In this document: in pieces, positions 1 through 24,650 of the stretch | Position numbering within the stretch: position 1 is the first letter of the stretch | Layout of the letters: each line of letters opens with the position of its first letter | Assembly (NCBI RefSeq): GCF_009914755.1 | Contig: NC_060927.1 | Origin: the human T2T-CHM13v2.0 reference genome, Homo sapiens | Length of the DNA stretch: 64,000 nt | Strand: one strand, 5' to 3' | Translations under genes and position numbers: made by a program | Notes under the pieces: generated by a model | Database searches by the model: none | What the model was told of the DNA's origin: nothing | What the model saw: only the letters and a program-made list of their open reading frames with translations

Positions 1-82
1 GTGCTGGGATTACAGGCGTGAGCCACCACACCAGGCTTTCTCCTTTTCTCTTCTCTTTTCTTCTTTTTCTCTTCTCTTTTTT

Positions 83-709
<627 letters not shown>

Positions 710-739
710 GGTTCATATATTTTTTAAAAATTGTGCTTA

Positions 740-2850
<2,111 letters not shown>

Positions 2851-2959
2851 ACCTTCTCTCCCTTTTTTTGTATTCATCATATAATAATCAGCAATAGCCA
2901 TTTAATCAGAGTTCACTAATTAAATCTTACTCTGTCTAGAGAAATCTGCTGTATTATAT

Positions 2960-3290
2960 CAGAAGGTACTTATTGAGCGCTGGTCCAGGTGCTGGGAATA
3001 CAGAAATGAACACGGTAGCTTCTTCCTTCAGAGTCAAATTCTTAGTGGCATTGAAAATGGGGAGGGTAGACAGTAAACACAAAAGCAAATAAAATTACTT
3101 CAGTTACAAATAAGTGCTGTGAAGATAAGAGTAGCTGGGGGATAAGGAAGTAGCTTATTCTTGGGTGGTTAGGCATGGTCTCTCTGAGAAGGTGCTACTT
3201 CATTGAGACCTGCTGGTGAGAAAGGCAGCCATGCAAAGATTTGGAGGAATAGCGTTGTAAGGAGTAGCAACAGCAAAATCAAGAGGTCCC
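2960..3290 (-). mobile_element. L2 fragment
   Basis: tattgagcgct...ccaggtgctgggaatacag...ctctgagaaggtg...agccatgcaaagatttggagg resembles the L2 3' end. Confidence 0.6.
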
Positions 3291-3539
3291 AATTTTGTGA
3301 ATAATTTCACTGAGATTTGTATGTTAAACCAGATTAGATTTTCACTGAGGTATGTGTCTGTTAAGCCAGATTAGATTACCTTCTAGAATAAATCCTTTAG
3401 TTCTTCAGATTGAAATTGCCTTTGAAGTGTGATTAGAAGTTATCTCTCACATCCCGGAGATTACATTCTTGGACGGGACTTGAGCTTTCTGTGACATTGA
3501 TGATGGACTCATGAGCCTGATTGTTGCCCAATTGTCTAG

Positions 3540-3720
3540 GTAGTGGATGTTGAACTCCATCGCCATTCTCTCGGAGAAGACTGTATCTATCCTCAGTCCT
3601 CGGAGTCTGACATCTCTGATGCCCCTCCATCTTTGCCTTTGACCATTCCAGCCCCAGTGAAAGCTTCTTCACCAATAAAGCAGTCACATGAGCCAGTACC
3701 CGATACCTCTGTGGAGAAAG
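3540..3720 (+). CDS. YEATS2: YEATS2 coding exon (window exon 1; end of YEATS domain, VVDVELHRH...DTSVEK)
   Basis: tctag|GTAGTGGAT acceptor; GAGAAAG|gtaata donor; 181 nt, phase 0-1; matches ORF 3543..3746. Confidence 0.95.
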
Positions 3721-3893
3721 GTAATACAGCAGTTTTCCTTGCATAGCGTTGTTCTGAGGCATTCCTTTCCCATTTGCTGCTTTCAGAGACCTATAGTATA
3801 TGGAAAATAACTTTGCTATAAGTGGACATGCTGCCTCTACTACACAGTTCTGTTATGAAAGCCAAATTTCCACTCTTGTCAAAAATATTTTTC

Positions 3894-5285
<1,392 letters not shown>

Positions 5286-5592
5286 CTAAACAGTTTTTCA
5301 GTTTATATATTAAAAAATGGAGGAACATAAGAACTTTTGTTCTTTTTATGTTATACATGGTTTATAGTTAATAATGTTTTCAAGTTTTTTTAAAAAAGCA
5401 CTTTAAACATTATTCTAAGCATATATATTTTTCACCAAAAATATGAAGGGATGATTGATTGTATTTATTTTGCTACCAGTACATGGTTTAAAATGGTGTT
5501 GAAATAATGCATTTTTATTCTTTTTCCACAACGGTAAGGTTTTATTTCAAAGCGATTGATGACTTGCCGTTTGCCTCTTTCATCTCAAGCAG

Positions 5593-5832
5593 GATTCCCA
5601 GCTAGCACTGAAGCTGAACGACACACTCCGTTTTATGCTTTGCCATCTTCATTGGAAAGAACACCCACCAAAATGACTACATCCCAGAAAGTTACCTTTT
5701 GTTCCCATGGCAATTCAGCTTTCCAGCCAATAGCATCAAGCTGCAAAATTGTTCCACAAAGTCAGGTTCCTAATCCTGAGTCACCTGGAAAATCCTTCCA
5801 GCCCATCACCATGAGCTGCAAGATTGTGTCAG
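5593..5832 (+). CDS. YEATS2: YEATS2 coding exon 2 of window (GFPASTEAER...MSCKIVS)
   Basis: aagcag|GATTCCCA; TCAG|gtatgc; 240 nt, phase 1-1; ORF 5556..5849. Confidence 0.95.
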
Positions 5833-6585
5833 GTATGCAGATGTTTTGAAGACAGTGTATGTGGAGTTGACTGGATGTTAAAATTGTTGGAACAACAAAA
5901 CAAAATACTTGGCTTTTTTTCTCTTAAGTTCTTCTAAGCAGTGTTATGTTTAACAAAAGGAAGTTTATCACTGTTGATTGGCAAAGCTGTCACAAGGCAA
6001 AAACAAAGCTCATTCATACGGAAATGAATGGAGGAGATAAATGAAACTCAAATGGTCAAATTTTTGTCTGCCAGAATCAGCACAGGTAAAATGTTTGCTA
6101 GGATATATGGCTGAAACTAAGGTGTAGGAATCGTGTTTGGGGATTATATACATGGAAACCACAGTGACTAGTGATAGAAAAAATTTAGAGGCCTTTGGCA
6201 TGGAGTTAAATTTTAAGGGTTAGAGTTGGTTGGGAATTGAAATGCTTTATTCTGTCTGTAACCACACTAGAAAATTATTCATTCCTATTGTCAGTAGGTA
6301 GTTCTGAGTTGTCTTGTTCACTAAGATTGGATTATCTTTTGCCTTGTGATAGTTTCATTTTATGTTAGGTAAAATTTAGTAGGAATATATGGTTTTGACT
6401 GTTCCACCTTAGAACAAAACATGTTTGTTAAAAGGCAATTGGAAATAACCAGGAAGTATGAGGACTTCTGTATAATAGTTAAATGAAGGGGGGAAAAAAA
6501 GAATGTTTGGTGTTGTAAGTAGACAGCTAAGTAGAAATAGGATCCAAATCTTTGATGAGAGATAAATAGCTTCTAATTGGTAGGC

Positions 6586-7500
6586 AATTTTTTTTTTCTG
6601 AGATGGAGTTTCACTCTTGTCACCTACGCTGGAGTGCAATGGCGCGATCTCAGCTCACTGCAGCCTCCACCTCTCTCGGGTTCAAGTGATTCTCCTGGCT
6701 CAGCCTCCCAAGTAGCTGGGACTGCAGGCACGTGTCACCACTCCCAGCTAATTTTGTATTTTTAGTAGAGACGGAGTTTCACCATATTGGCCAGGCTGGT
6801 CTTGAACTCCTGACCTCAGGTGATCCACCTACCTTGGCCTCCCAAAGTGCTCCGGTTACAGGCGTGAGCCACCGTCCCCTGCCATTGGTAGGCAATTTTA
6901 CCTACCAGGTAGAAAAATTTTGGAACTTGCTACTTCAGAGGTGGAATAGGCTGAACATATAAATTGATTTGAAGTTTAAAGAAATTCATGGATGACGTTT
7001 GATCAATAAAAGACAGTAGAGGATGTTTAACTGTCAGTAACTTTTGAGAGTATTTTGCGGGAACACGAATCTTTCTGGGTTACGGCTGTGACATAGTATT
7101 GACAGAGACTTTTATTCTGGGTAGGTGAATTTCATATTTTCCTATTCAAAACAAGACACCAGGTTCTTAAATCTAGCTATTTACTTACTGATTTTCTTCC
7201 TTTCTTTTTTTTTTTTTTTTTTTTTTTGAGACAGAGTTTTGCTCTTGTTGCCCAGGCTGGAGTGCAATGGCACGATCTCGGCTCACTCCGCCACCCGGGT
7301 TCAAGCGATTCTCCTGCCTCAGCCTCTCGAGGAGCTGGGATTACAGGCATGCGCCACCACACCCAGCTAATTTTGTATTTTTAGTAGAGACAGGGTTTCT
7401 CCATGTTGGTCAGGCTGGTCTCGAACTCACAACCTCAGGTGATCCGCCTGCCTCGGCCTCCCAAAGTGCTGGGATTACAGGCACGAGCCACTGCACCTGG
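6586..7500 (-). mobile_element. Two antisense AluS (6586-6884, 7202-7500)
   Basis: Alu consensus; TSD attggtaggcaatttt around the first. Confidence 0.9.
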
Positions 7501-7619
7501 TGTCTCATGCCCGGTCTCTAATTTTAGTGTCTTCGAGTATAACCAGTACTATAAAAGCCTGCCTATGGTGTTAAAAGATTTATCATATCAAGATTCAGCA
7601 GTTACAAAAAAAGGTTCAG

Positions 7620-7780
7620 CAGTTTTGCACTGCTGTGTAAAGCACTGCTTTCTGAACTATAAGGTGCATACCAGGAGATCTTGTTGAAGTGAGATTTATG
7701 TTTAGTAGGTCAAGGATGGGACCATAAAATCTGTTTCTTACAATTTCCTCGATGATACTGATGCTGTTGATCCATGGATA
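7620..7780. mobile_element. MER5A-like hAT-Charlie relic
   Basis: ggagatcttgttgaagtgagatt...gatactgatgctgttgatccatgga. Confidence 0.5.
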
Positions 7781-7984
7781 AGGATGCAGAGCATGAAACA
7801 TACATCCTCTGCCTCCTTTGTACCTCTGTTGCTGCTCAGTACCGGGAGCACGCAGTATCCATTTTATTTTCCCAATTTGTTACCTTTGTCCTGGTGGCAC
7901 TGACCTTCTTCCTTGTCCTCGACATCTTCTTACGTGAGTTGAATATGTGTATTTTGTTTGTATTCTCTCTTTTTAATTAATAAG

Positions 7985-8146
7985 GTTCCCCAATATCAAC
8001 TCCAAGCCCATCACCATTGCCTCGAACCCCGACTTCCACTCCAGTCCACGTGAAGCAAGGCACTGCCGGCTCTGTTATTAATAATCCTTATGTTATCATG
8101 GACAAGCAGCCGGGGCAGGTGATTGGAGCCACCACTCCCAGTACAG
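7985..8146 (+). CDS. YEATS2: YEATS2 coding exon 3 of window (GSPISTPSPSPLPRTP...ATTPST)
   Basis: aataag|GTTCCCCA; ACAG|gtgtgt; 162 nt, phase 1-1. Confidence 0.93.
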
Positions 8147-8750
8147 GTGTGTATTAGATCCATATTTGTACCATCTAAAGGGTTTGATCTTTATTAAAAA
8201 TGTAATCCTGCCATGACTTGGTAGCCATGTAATTGGAGAATGAAATCTCCCGTAAACGAGAAGCGAGAATAAGTAAAAGGAAAGCCAATACTCTTTCTCT
8301 GAGGGGAGATTTACTCTGTAAAAGTTGCATTTTTTAGAATTTACTTGAGTTTTCTTTTAATTTCTAAAAGTTCAAAATAAGCCATAATGAATGTTCTTAA
8401 AAGAATAGTTGATTTTGTTTTCATTTGGAAGACTTACGCTTTGGGGGACTGTAAGCAATGTGGTTACTACCTCTTCCAAAGAAGCTTTTGCTAACCTTGT
8501 GGGCCACATACCGTTCTCCCCAGTCAAATAAAAAATGATATTATTTTCTTCAAGGAAGACCCATTCTGCTTGTGGGAGGGGAAATTGAAACCTGCAGTTT
8601 TAAAGAGAACTCTAATAGGAAAAAGTCATCCTTGGGTTCACCGTGTTCCTCACTGTAATCCCATGCTTTTTAGGTTTTTTTGAAATGCTTTCTCTAACAT
8701 TATTTTATTTATTCCCTTCAGTTAACCTGTATTTATTGTTAATTAATTAA

Positions 8751-9878
<1,128 letters not shown>

Positions 9879-9944
9879 CTACTTTGAAGGAGCTAGCAGA
9901 ATGCATATATTCTGGCACATTTGTTAAACAGTATCATTATGTTG

Positions 9945-10061
9945 TAGTGTCTTTTATTGTATGAGGAGTAGAACATACAAGTAGAATACGTTATAGTGTC
10001 TTTTATTGTATAAGGAGTAGAATATACGAGAATATGCTACTGTTTATTGTACAAGGAGTAG
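9945..10061. repeat. Degenerate ~49-bp tandem repeat, about 2.5 copies
   Basis: tagtgtcttttattgtat(g/a)aggagtagaa at 9945 and 9994; third partial copy at 10038. Confidence 0.8.
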
Positions 10062-10326
10062 TCTAAAACAAGTGACTTTACTACTTATTCTTCTGCATGT
10101 CCTTACCAGCTTCTTACCTTCTTCAGGTTGAGCATGAGATCAGCTTCACAGGGATGGGTCCTAGTATGGGTTTTTTTCCATACTAGTTTCAGCCTTAACA
10201 ATGAGTTTTCAACCCTTAAACATGAAAAATAAATAGTGCGAAAGAGGGGAGGATGGTAGAAATGCTTTAAAATTACCTTTTGTAAATTTTACTTTGTTTA
10301 TGTTTTAATTGTGCCTTGCTTATCAG

Positions 10327-10430
10327 GAAGTCCTACAAACAAGATCTCCACGGCTTCTCAGATCTCCCAAGGAACAGGTTCCCCTGTTCCTAAAATTCAT
10401 GGAAGTAGTTTTGTAACATCTACTGTCAAG
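10327..10430 (+). CDS. YEATS2: YEATS2 coding exon 4 of window (GSPTNKISTASQISQG...TSTVK)
   Basis: tatcag|GAAGTCCT; GTCAAG|gtaaca; 104 nt, phase 1-0. Confidence 0.93.
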
Positions 10431-10715
10431 GTAACATTCTTACTGCGTTATTACACTTTGCTAGCTTCTTTTTCTTTTCATTTTTAAAAAATAATTTTTC
10501 AAATGGAGATGGGGTCTCCCCGTATTAACCAGGCTGTATCGAACTCCTGGCCTCAAGAGATCTGCCACCTCACCTGCCAGGGTACTGCGGTTACAGGCAT
10601 GAGCTGCACCCCGCCACTTTGCCGGTTTCTGAACATAGTATGTTCAGCCTCAGCAAGAATGTGTCAGTTGATGACGCAAATTTCATAAAATGGAATCTTC
10701 AAGCTGTTAAGTATC

Positions 10716-10787
10716 TAGACTTTACTACCCCCAGACTTTACTAACTTACTTGGATCTACTCCAGACTTTACTACCTTACTTGGATCT
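10716..10787. repeat. 30-bp tandem duplication
   Basis: ccagactttacta(a/c)cttacttggatct at 10731 and 10761; partial copy at 10716. Confidence 0.85.
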
Positions 10788-10930
10788 TTTCATAGTGTCA
10801 CAGATGCTTCACAACACTTGTGTGAAATAGTCACCCAGTATCAATTTAAAAACTTACTGTGATAAGATTATTTATTTACTTATTTGAAAAGTTTGTTAAA
10901 AATACTTGCTTATAAAAATATTCATCTGAC

Positions 10931-11046
10931 CTCTTCCCTTTTGGACACCTCTCTCTCTCGCAACAGAGAGCTGCTGTCCTCTCCCCTTTCTTTTGCTTAT
11001 TAAACTTTCTGCTCCTTAACCCATAAAAAAAATAAAAATTTAAAAA
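10931..11046 (+). mobile_element. Short polyadenylated ERV1-type LTR fragment flanked by TSDs
   Basis: gagagctgctgtcctctcccctttcttttgcttATTAAActttctgctcct plus A-rich tail; 20-bp direct repeats at 10911-10930 and 11047-11066. Confidence 0.7.
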
Positions 11047-11113
11047 TATAAAAACATTCATCTGACAGCACGTTCCTATCTTTTCTATGTTTGCATCACC
11101 AAGAAGTAAATAT

Positions 11114-11345
11114 ACAAATGGCTCCCACCTTACAGTGGTCCAACTTAACGATTTTTCGACTTTACCGTGGTGCAAAAGCAATATGCACTTAGCGAGCCCT
11201 CAGCTTACGCTGGGGTTATATTCAGATAAACCCACCATACGGTGAAAGTGTGGGAAGTCAAAAATGCACTTTTGGCCTATGATGTTTTCCCCTTATGATG
11301 GGTTTATCCAGACGTAACCCCATCCTAAGTCGGGGAGCATCGGTG
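11114..11345. mobile_element. MER47/Tigger5-type DNA transposon relic
   Basis: cttacg...tggggtta...cagataaaccca and aaccccatcctaagtcggggagcatc inverted termini. Confidence 0.7.
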
Positions 11346-11779
11346 TTTCCTTTTCCATGTGTTAACCGTTTAGCTATTTGAAAATAATGCTTACCTCCAC
11401 AGAGTCTCTCCCCTGCTCCCCTTTTTCTGGGTAAGCAGTCCTTTAAAATTTACAACTCCAAATATGATCTGACCTGTTCCAGTCAAATGACTGGTGCCTG
11501 ACACAGCATTTCTTTTATTTAGACACTAATGATGATATTGAATGACTTCCTGGTCCAAGGCGAGGCTGTTCTCTAAGTTCTGTGCAGTGTGTTGGCACTG
11601 TTATATGAATGTCTGAATTATAGTAATCTTGAAAGTCTTAACTCTGCTGGTTTAATTTTTATTGTTTGTTGGTGATCATTTTACTTTACAGCCAAGAAGT
11701 GTTCTTCGTTTCCAAATTTTGACAGATTACCTCTGAGATTTGCATTTTGTGTTTGAGAATTAAAGAGAAACTACAGAAG

Positions 11780-12850
<1,071 letters not shown>

Positions 12851-12969
12851 GTCTTTTTATTTCTTTATATTGCTAGAGAATGTCACAGGTTTGTATTAAA
12901 TATAAGTGACTAGATATCTGAAATCACCCATTTCTCCTGATTGTAAAATATGTATTTTTACACACACAG

Positions 12970-13077
12970 CAGGAGGATTCTTTGTTTGCATCTATGCCAC
13001 CTCTTTGCCCAATTGGGAGTCACCCTAAGGTTCAAAGCCCCAAACCTATAACAGGAGGACTTGGAGCTTTCACAAAA
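12970..13077 (+). CDS. YEATS2: YEATS2 coding exon 5 of window (QEDSLFASMPP...GAFTK)
   Basis: acacag|CAGGAGGAT (tandem NAGNAG acceptor); ACAAAA|gtgagt; 108 nt, phase 0-0. Confidence 0.92.
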
Positions 13078-13559
13078 GTGAGTATGTATTAGGGCATTGT
13101 CCCACAAGTCATAATACTTTTTGTGGCATGTTGGAGTTCATTGCCACTACCCCTACAACATGTTACTTTTTAGTGGGTCTCAACTCCTCATTCTGAGACG
13201 TGCTTCCATGTATTTAATGATGTCCTCAGGGCAGCCCTTGGAGTCCAGCAAGATGGGGATTCATGGAGCACAGTGTGTTTGTTTCTCTCTGCTGTCATTT
13301 GCCACAGTCTCTAAAACAAGTGACTGTGTTATTACAGGAGCACAGGATCAAGTTCAGATCCTACTTTTGGTCCCTTTAATAGCTGGTATGGACTGTATTT
13401 AAGCAGTATGTATATTTACCCTTCTGGTGGAGTCATTCTTTACGTATCAAGTTTCATCAATTCATTAATCCCTGCAAACGGAGAAGAGTCAGATATTAGC
13501 AGCTTTATAAAATGGGATGTTTATGGATGTTTATTCAGTGTCATTATGTTTGTTGCAAG

Positions 13560-13742
13560 GTGATCATCAAACAGGAACCTGGTGAAGCCCCTCACGTGCC
13601 CGCAACAGGAGCTGCCAGCCAGTCACCACTCCCGCAGTATGTGACTGTGAAAGGGGGTCACATGATAGCTGTGTCCCCTCAAAAACAGGTCATAACTCCT
13701 GGAGAAGGGATTGCCCAGTCAGCAAAGGTTCAGCCCTCCAAG
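13560..13742 (+). CDS. YEATS2: YEATS2 coding exon 6 of window (VIIKQEPGEAP...VQPSK)
   Basis: tgcaag|GTGATCATC; TCCAAG|gtttgt; 183 nt, phase 0-0; ORF 13512..13757. Confidence 0.95.
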
Positions 13743-14229
13743 GTTTGTGTTGGGTAGAGATGGGAAATTTCACATGTAAATGATGTTTGCCTAAATAATT
13801 GACAAGTGCTGAAAAGATTCACGGTGACAGGGTTGATGATCCCATAAGAACCTGTGGGTGAAAGCCCAGTTGGAAAAACAAGTCTGTTGGTGTGAAACTC
13901 TTCTACTCCTGTAGTAATCATTGGCAAGAGCCGCGTTATGTATTGCAAAGGATCCCGGAATGGGCCAAGAGGCAGGGGAACACTGCTGTCTCTGGCAGTG
14001 GAGGCAGAGCTGACTCATGGGCACAGCTTTCTACTTGATTCATCTCTAAAAGGGATCCGCTGTTGACTTGTTTATTTATGGTAGGAGAATGCTGTAGTTT
14101 ATACCTCTGATGTTCGGGCTGTTACCTGTTTAATGATTCTTAGCTTTCTGTAGAGTTCTTTTTTTTTTTTAATAATTTGGAGGTACAGGAGAATTAATGT
14201 ATTGAGAGAATTTTAAAATAGCACATAGA

Positions 14230-14572
<343 letters not shown>

Positions 14573-14585
14573 TCAATTGGAAATG

Positions 14586-14920
14586 TAGCCATGCATCACC
14601 TGATGATGGTACATTCTGAGACGTGTCATTAGGTGATTTTGTTGTGTGAACATCGCAGTGTACTTAAATCCAGATAGAATAGCTAACTACACACTTAGGC
14701 TGTATGGTGTGGCCTATTGCTCCTAGGCTGTAAACCTGTTCCGCATGTTACTATTGAATACTATAGGAAGTTGTAATAGAACAATAAGTATTTGTGGATC
14801 TCAACATATCTAAATATAGAAAAGATACTGTAAAAATACAGTGTTATAATCTTATGGGACCACTGTTAATATATGCAGTCTGTCATTGACTAAAACATCG
14901 TTAATGTGGTAGATGACTAT
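14586..14920. mobile_element. Tigger3/MER7-type DNA transposon relic
   Basis: cattctgagacgtgtcattaggtgatttt...ctacacacttaggctgtatggtgtggcctattgctcctaggctg...gtcattgactaaaacatcgtta. Confidence 0.75.
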
Positions 14921-14929
14921 GGTATCAAT

Positions 14930-15130
14930 ATTGAGTGCTTTTGTGTATGCCATGCTTGTATTTCTACATTTTCTATAATCCACACACAACCCTGGAGGGT
15001 GGGGATTTTCATCCCTGTTTTACAAATGAGGAAACTGTGGCTCAGAGGTTAAACAGTTTCCTTGGGAGCATTACAGCTAATAAATGACAAAGTGTTTAAA
15101 GTCAGGTCTGCTAACTCCAAGCTCCCCATT
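14930..15130 (-). mobile_element. MIR
   Basis: MIR core: ttttacaaatgaggaaactgtggctcagaggttaa. Confidence 0.7.
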
Positions 15131-15242
15131 TCAGAACTAATGAAAAGTGGTTGTCTCTAACCTTGGTATGCTTTCAGAGCATCAGGGTTAAATTACCTCA
15201 ACTTTTGGCAGGTATACTCTAAAGCTATTAAGTATATAATAT

Positions 15243-17464
<2,222 letters not shown>

Positions 17465-18125
17465 TTACCCTCCATACAACTTTGGGACAACAGAAACACA
17501 GCTGATCTTTTTCCTCAAAGTGGGAAGAGGTGCTGCCTTTGACATGAAAAGGGACAACTGAGGAATAAGTAGTTCCATATGGGAAGGAAGCAGTGTGTTA
17601 AAGTAGAAGGAGCATGAGCTTTGCAGTTAGAGCTTGTTGCAAATCTCAGATCTCAGCCACTCATTACTGGTGTAACCTGTGCAGGTTCTGAGCCCTGGTC
17701 TTTCAGGGTTGTAGAAGAATTAGAGATTGTATATGAAGGACCTACCTAGCACAGAGCAAGTGCTCAGTAAATAGTAACTAATGTGAGTATCAGGCATATC
17801 CATGCCTAAGTACCATTGTAATGGTTATCAGTGAGCACTTAACTTGTAAACAGCCATATTTTTTAATATCTGGAGGGAAAATCTCAGATACAGACTCTTC
17901 CCCTTCAGTTTGCTGAAGTAAATTCTGACTTGCCACAGGTATGTGTAGGAAACAGGGAGGGCAGAAATAGAAACATTTAATCAAAGCATGAATCGAAGTT
18001 AAGTGTATAACAAATACAAAACAATGGGTGTCTGCTTTCTCAAGCTAGCAGGAAATTAGCAACAGAGAGAGAATTATTGAATGGGAAGAGAATGAGGAAA
18101 GTCAGTAGGTGAGTTCAGGCTCTAG

Positions 18126-19278
<1,153 letters not shown>

Positions 19279-19719
19279 AGGATACCAGGTTTTACTGGGT
19301 TCTTGGAGAAATTACGTGTCATATCCTGAAAACTCTGAAGCACTTGGCACAAGAAAGGAAAAGCAAGTCAGGTGCATGTAATGTGGGGAAAGAAATTGAA
19401 GTAGGTCTAAAAATGTGTGTATTGTTTTCCCTAAGTTATTTGCTTTCTTTGTTTAGGAACATAAAAGTAGATTCTGTGTAATTTAACTTGTGAAATAGGT
19501 TATTTGATATGTTTGGGAGGTTTGAAGACTGCTATCTTAGTTAAGAGAAAAGTTCAACTACTGCAACAGAGAAATCTGAACACCAGAACTTTAAGTAAGT
19601 TTATTTCTCATACAGTCATCGAGAATCTAGATCCCTGGCTTTCCTTTTTTTGCTCTGCCATTCTCAAAATTTGGCTTTCGGCTTGTGGACTAAGAAAACA
19701 CTTCATCTCATACCTCCAC

Positions 19720-19975
19720 GTTCACGCTTCTTGCCAAGAGGAAGGGAGCAGGGGGAGGGAGAGCTGAGGGCAGACAGAGCCCGAAAGTCGCGCTCACTTC
19801 TGCACACATCCCGTTAGCCAGAAAGCAAATGGCCACGCCTAGGTCTGGGAGGGCTGGGAAATAGAGTTGTGATTCCATGTGGCCATTGCCCCAGCTGAAA
19901 ACTGGGGGCTCTGTTACTATGAGAGGAGAAGGAAATAATAGATATTGGGGTTCAACTAGCAGTTTCTGCCACACC
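19720..19975. mobile_element. MLT1 (MaLR) LTR fragment
   Basis: cacttctgcacacatcccgttagccagaa...gggctgggaaatagagt...agcagtttctgccaca. Confidence 0.6.
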
Positions 19976-20152
19976 CCCAAAAAGTTTTGCTACATTAAGA
20001 AGGGTTTTTTTTTTCTTTCATAAATATACAGAAAAGTTCTTGATCAGTAAGAAGGGTTTCCGTATTTCCACATCACTGGGAGGATGACCCTGCCCTGCTC
20101 TGTGGCTACAGAAACTCTACAGGTCCCCTGCAGAATGAAGTTCATGCAGTTA

Positions 20153-23542
<3,390 letters not shown>

Positions 23543-23759
23543 TAGCTGAGGCAAGACAACAATTGTTAAGCTTCTATTATTGTAATACCCAAGTGTAAGA
23601 AATACAGTTGCCGTTCACACCTGTGTAGGTAGCTTTCCTAGATGACTGAATTAGGCTGCATGTATTATGTGCAGGCCTTTGTTTTGCTCTCTGCCAAAAC
23701 GGTGACTGCTGTTCTAAGAGCTCTCGAAGCACCGTTGGACTCTGCTCTGTTTTGAACAG

Positions 23760-24018
23760 GTTGTCGGGGTACCAGTTGGGTCTGCTTTACCTTCAACAGT
23801 GAAGCAGGCTGTGGCGATCAGTGGTGGCCAGATCCTGGTAGCCAAGGCCAGCTCTTCTGTCTCCAAAGCAGTTGGGCCAAAGCAAGTTGTAACCCAAGGA
23901 GTTGCCAAAGCAATTGTGAGTGGAGGTGGAGGAACCATTGTTGCTCAGCCAGTGCAGACCTTAACCAAGGCCCAGGTTACTGCCGCTGGTCCTCAGAAGA
24001 GTGGATCCCAGGGTTCAG
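23760..24018 (+). CDS. YEATS2: YEATS2 coding exon 7 of window (VVGVPVGSALP...SGSQGS)
   Basis: gaacag|GTTGTCGGG; TTCAG|gtaaaa; 259 nt, phase 0-1; ORF 23799..24101. Confidence 0.95.
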
Positions 24019-24208
24019 GTAAAACGGATCATCACTGGGAGCCCTTTCAGCAGAAGCTCTGTCCAAAATTTCCTTTGCTAGTGATTTTATTTGCTATTTG
24101 ATCTGGTCTAGGAAAGCCTAGTTAGGTTGATGCTGTAAGAAGTGTATTGAAATGTTTGTTCTTTTTTATGGGACATTTTACATAAAGGTCTGTGAGTATT
24201 TAGCTTTA

Positions 24209-24213
<5 letters not shown>

Positions 24214-24247
<34 letters not shown>

Positions 24248-24257
24248 ACACACACAC
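24214..24257. repeat. (CA)n microsatellite
   Basis: About 21 CA units with one interruption. Confidence 0.95.
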
Positions 24258-24271
24258 GAACAAATCATTTC

Positions 24272-24650
24272 TCAGTACTGTGGGGGATTGGTTCCAGGAC
24301 CCCCTGCTGCAGATAGCAAAATCCACAGATGCTAATCCACAGTCCCCTGTGTAAAATGCTGTACTGTTTACGTATAACCTATGTACATCCTCTGATGTAC
24401 TTTACTTTATATCATCTCTAGGTTATCTTAATACCTAATAACAATGTAAATAACAATGTAATAACAATGTATATGCTATGTAAATAGTTGTTACACTGTG
24501 TTGTTTAAGGAATAATGACAAGAAAAAAGTCTGTACATGTTCAGTACAGATGTACTCATCCTTTTGTCTGCCAAATATATGGATATTTTTTATCTGAGGT
24601 AGGTTACATCCATGGATGTGAAATCCACAGATACAGAGGGCCAATGGTAC
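24272..24650. mobile_element. MER2 (TcMar-Tigger) relic
   Basis: gggggattggttccaggacccc...tataacctatgtacatcctc...atccacagatacagagggccaa. Confidence 0.75.

Noticed and set aside
9945-10787. Short spaced direct repeats as a CRISPR-like array
   Set aside because: Only 2-3 degenerate adjacent copies, no unique spacers, no cas genes, and the context is a primate intron.
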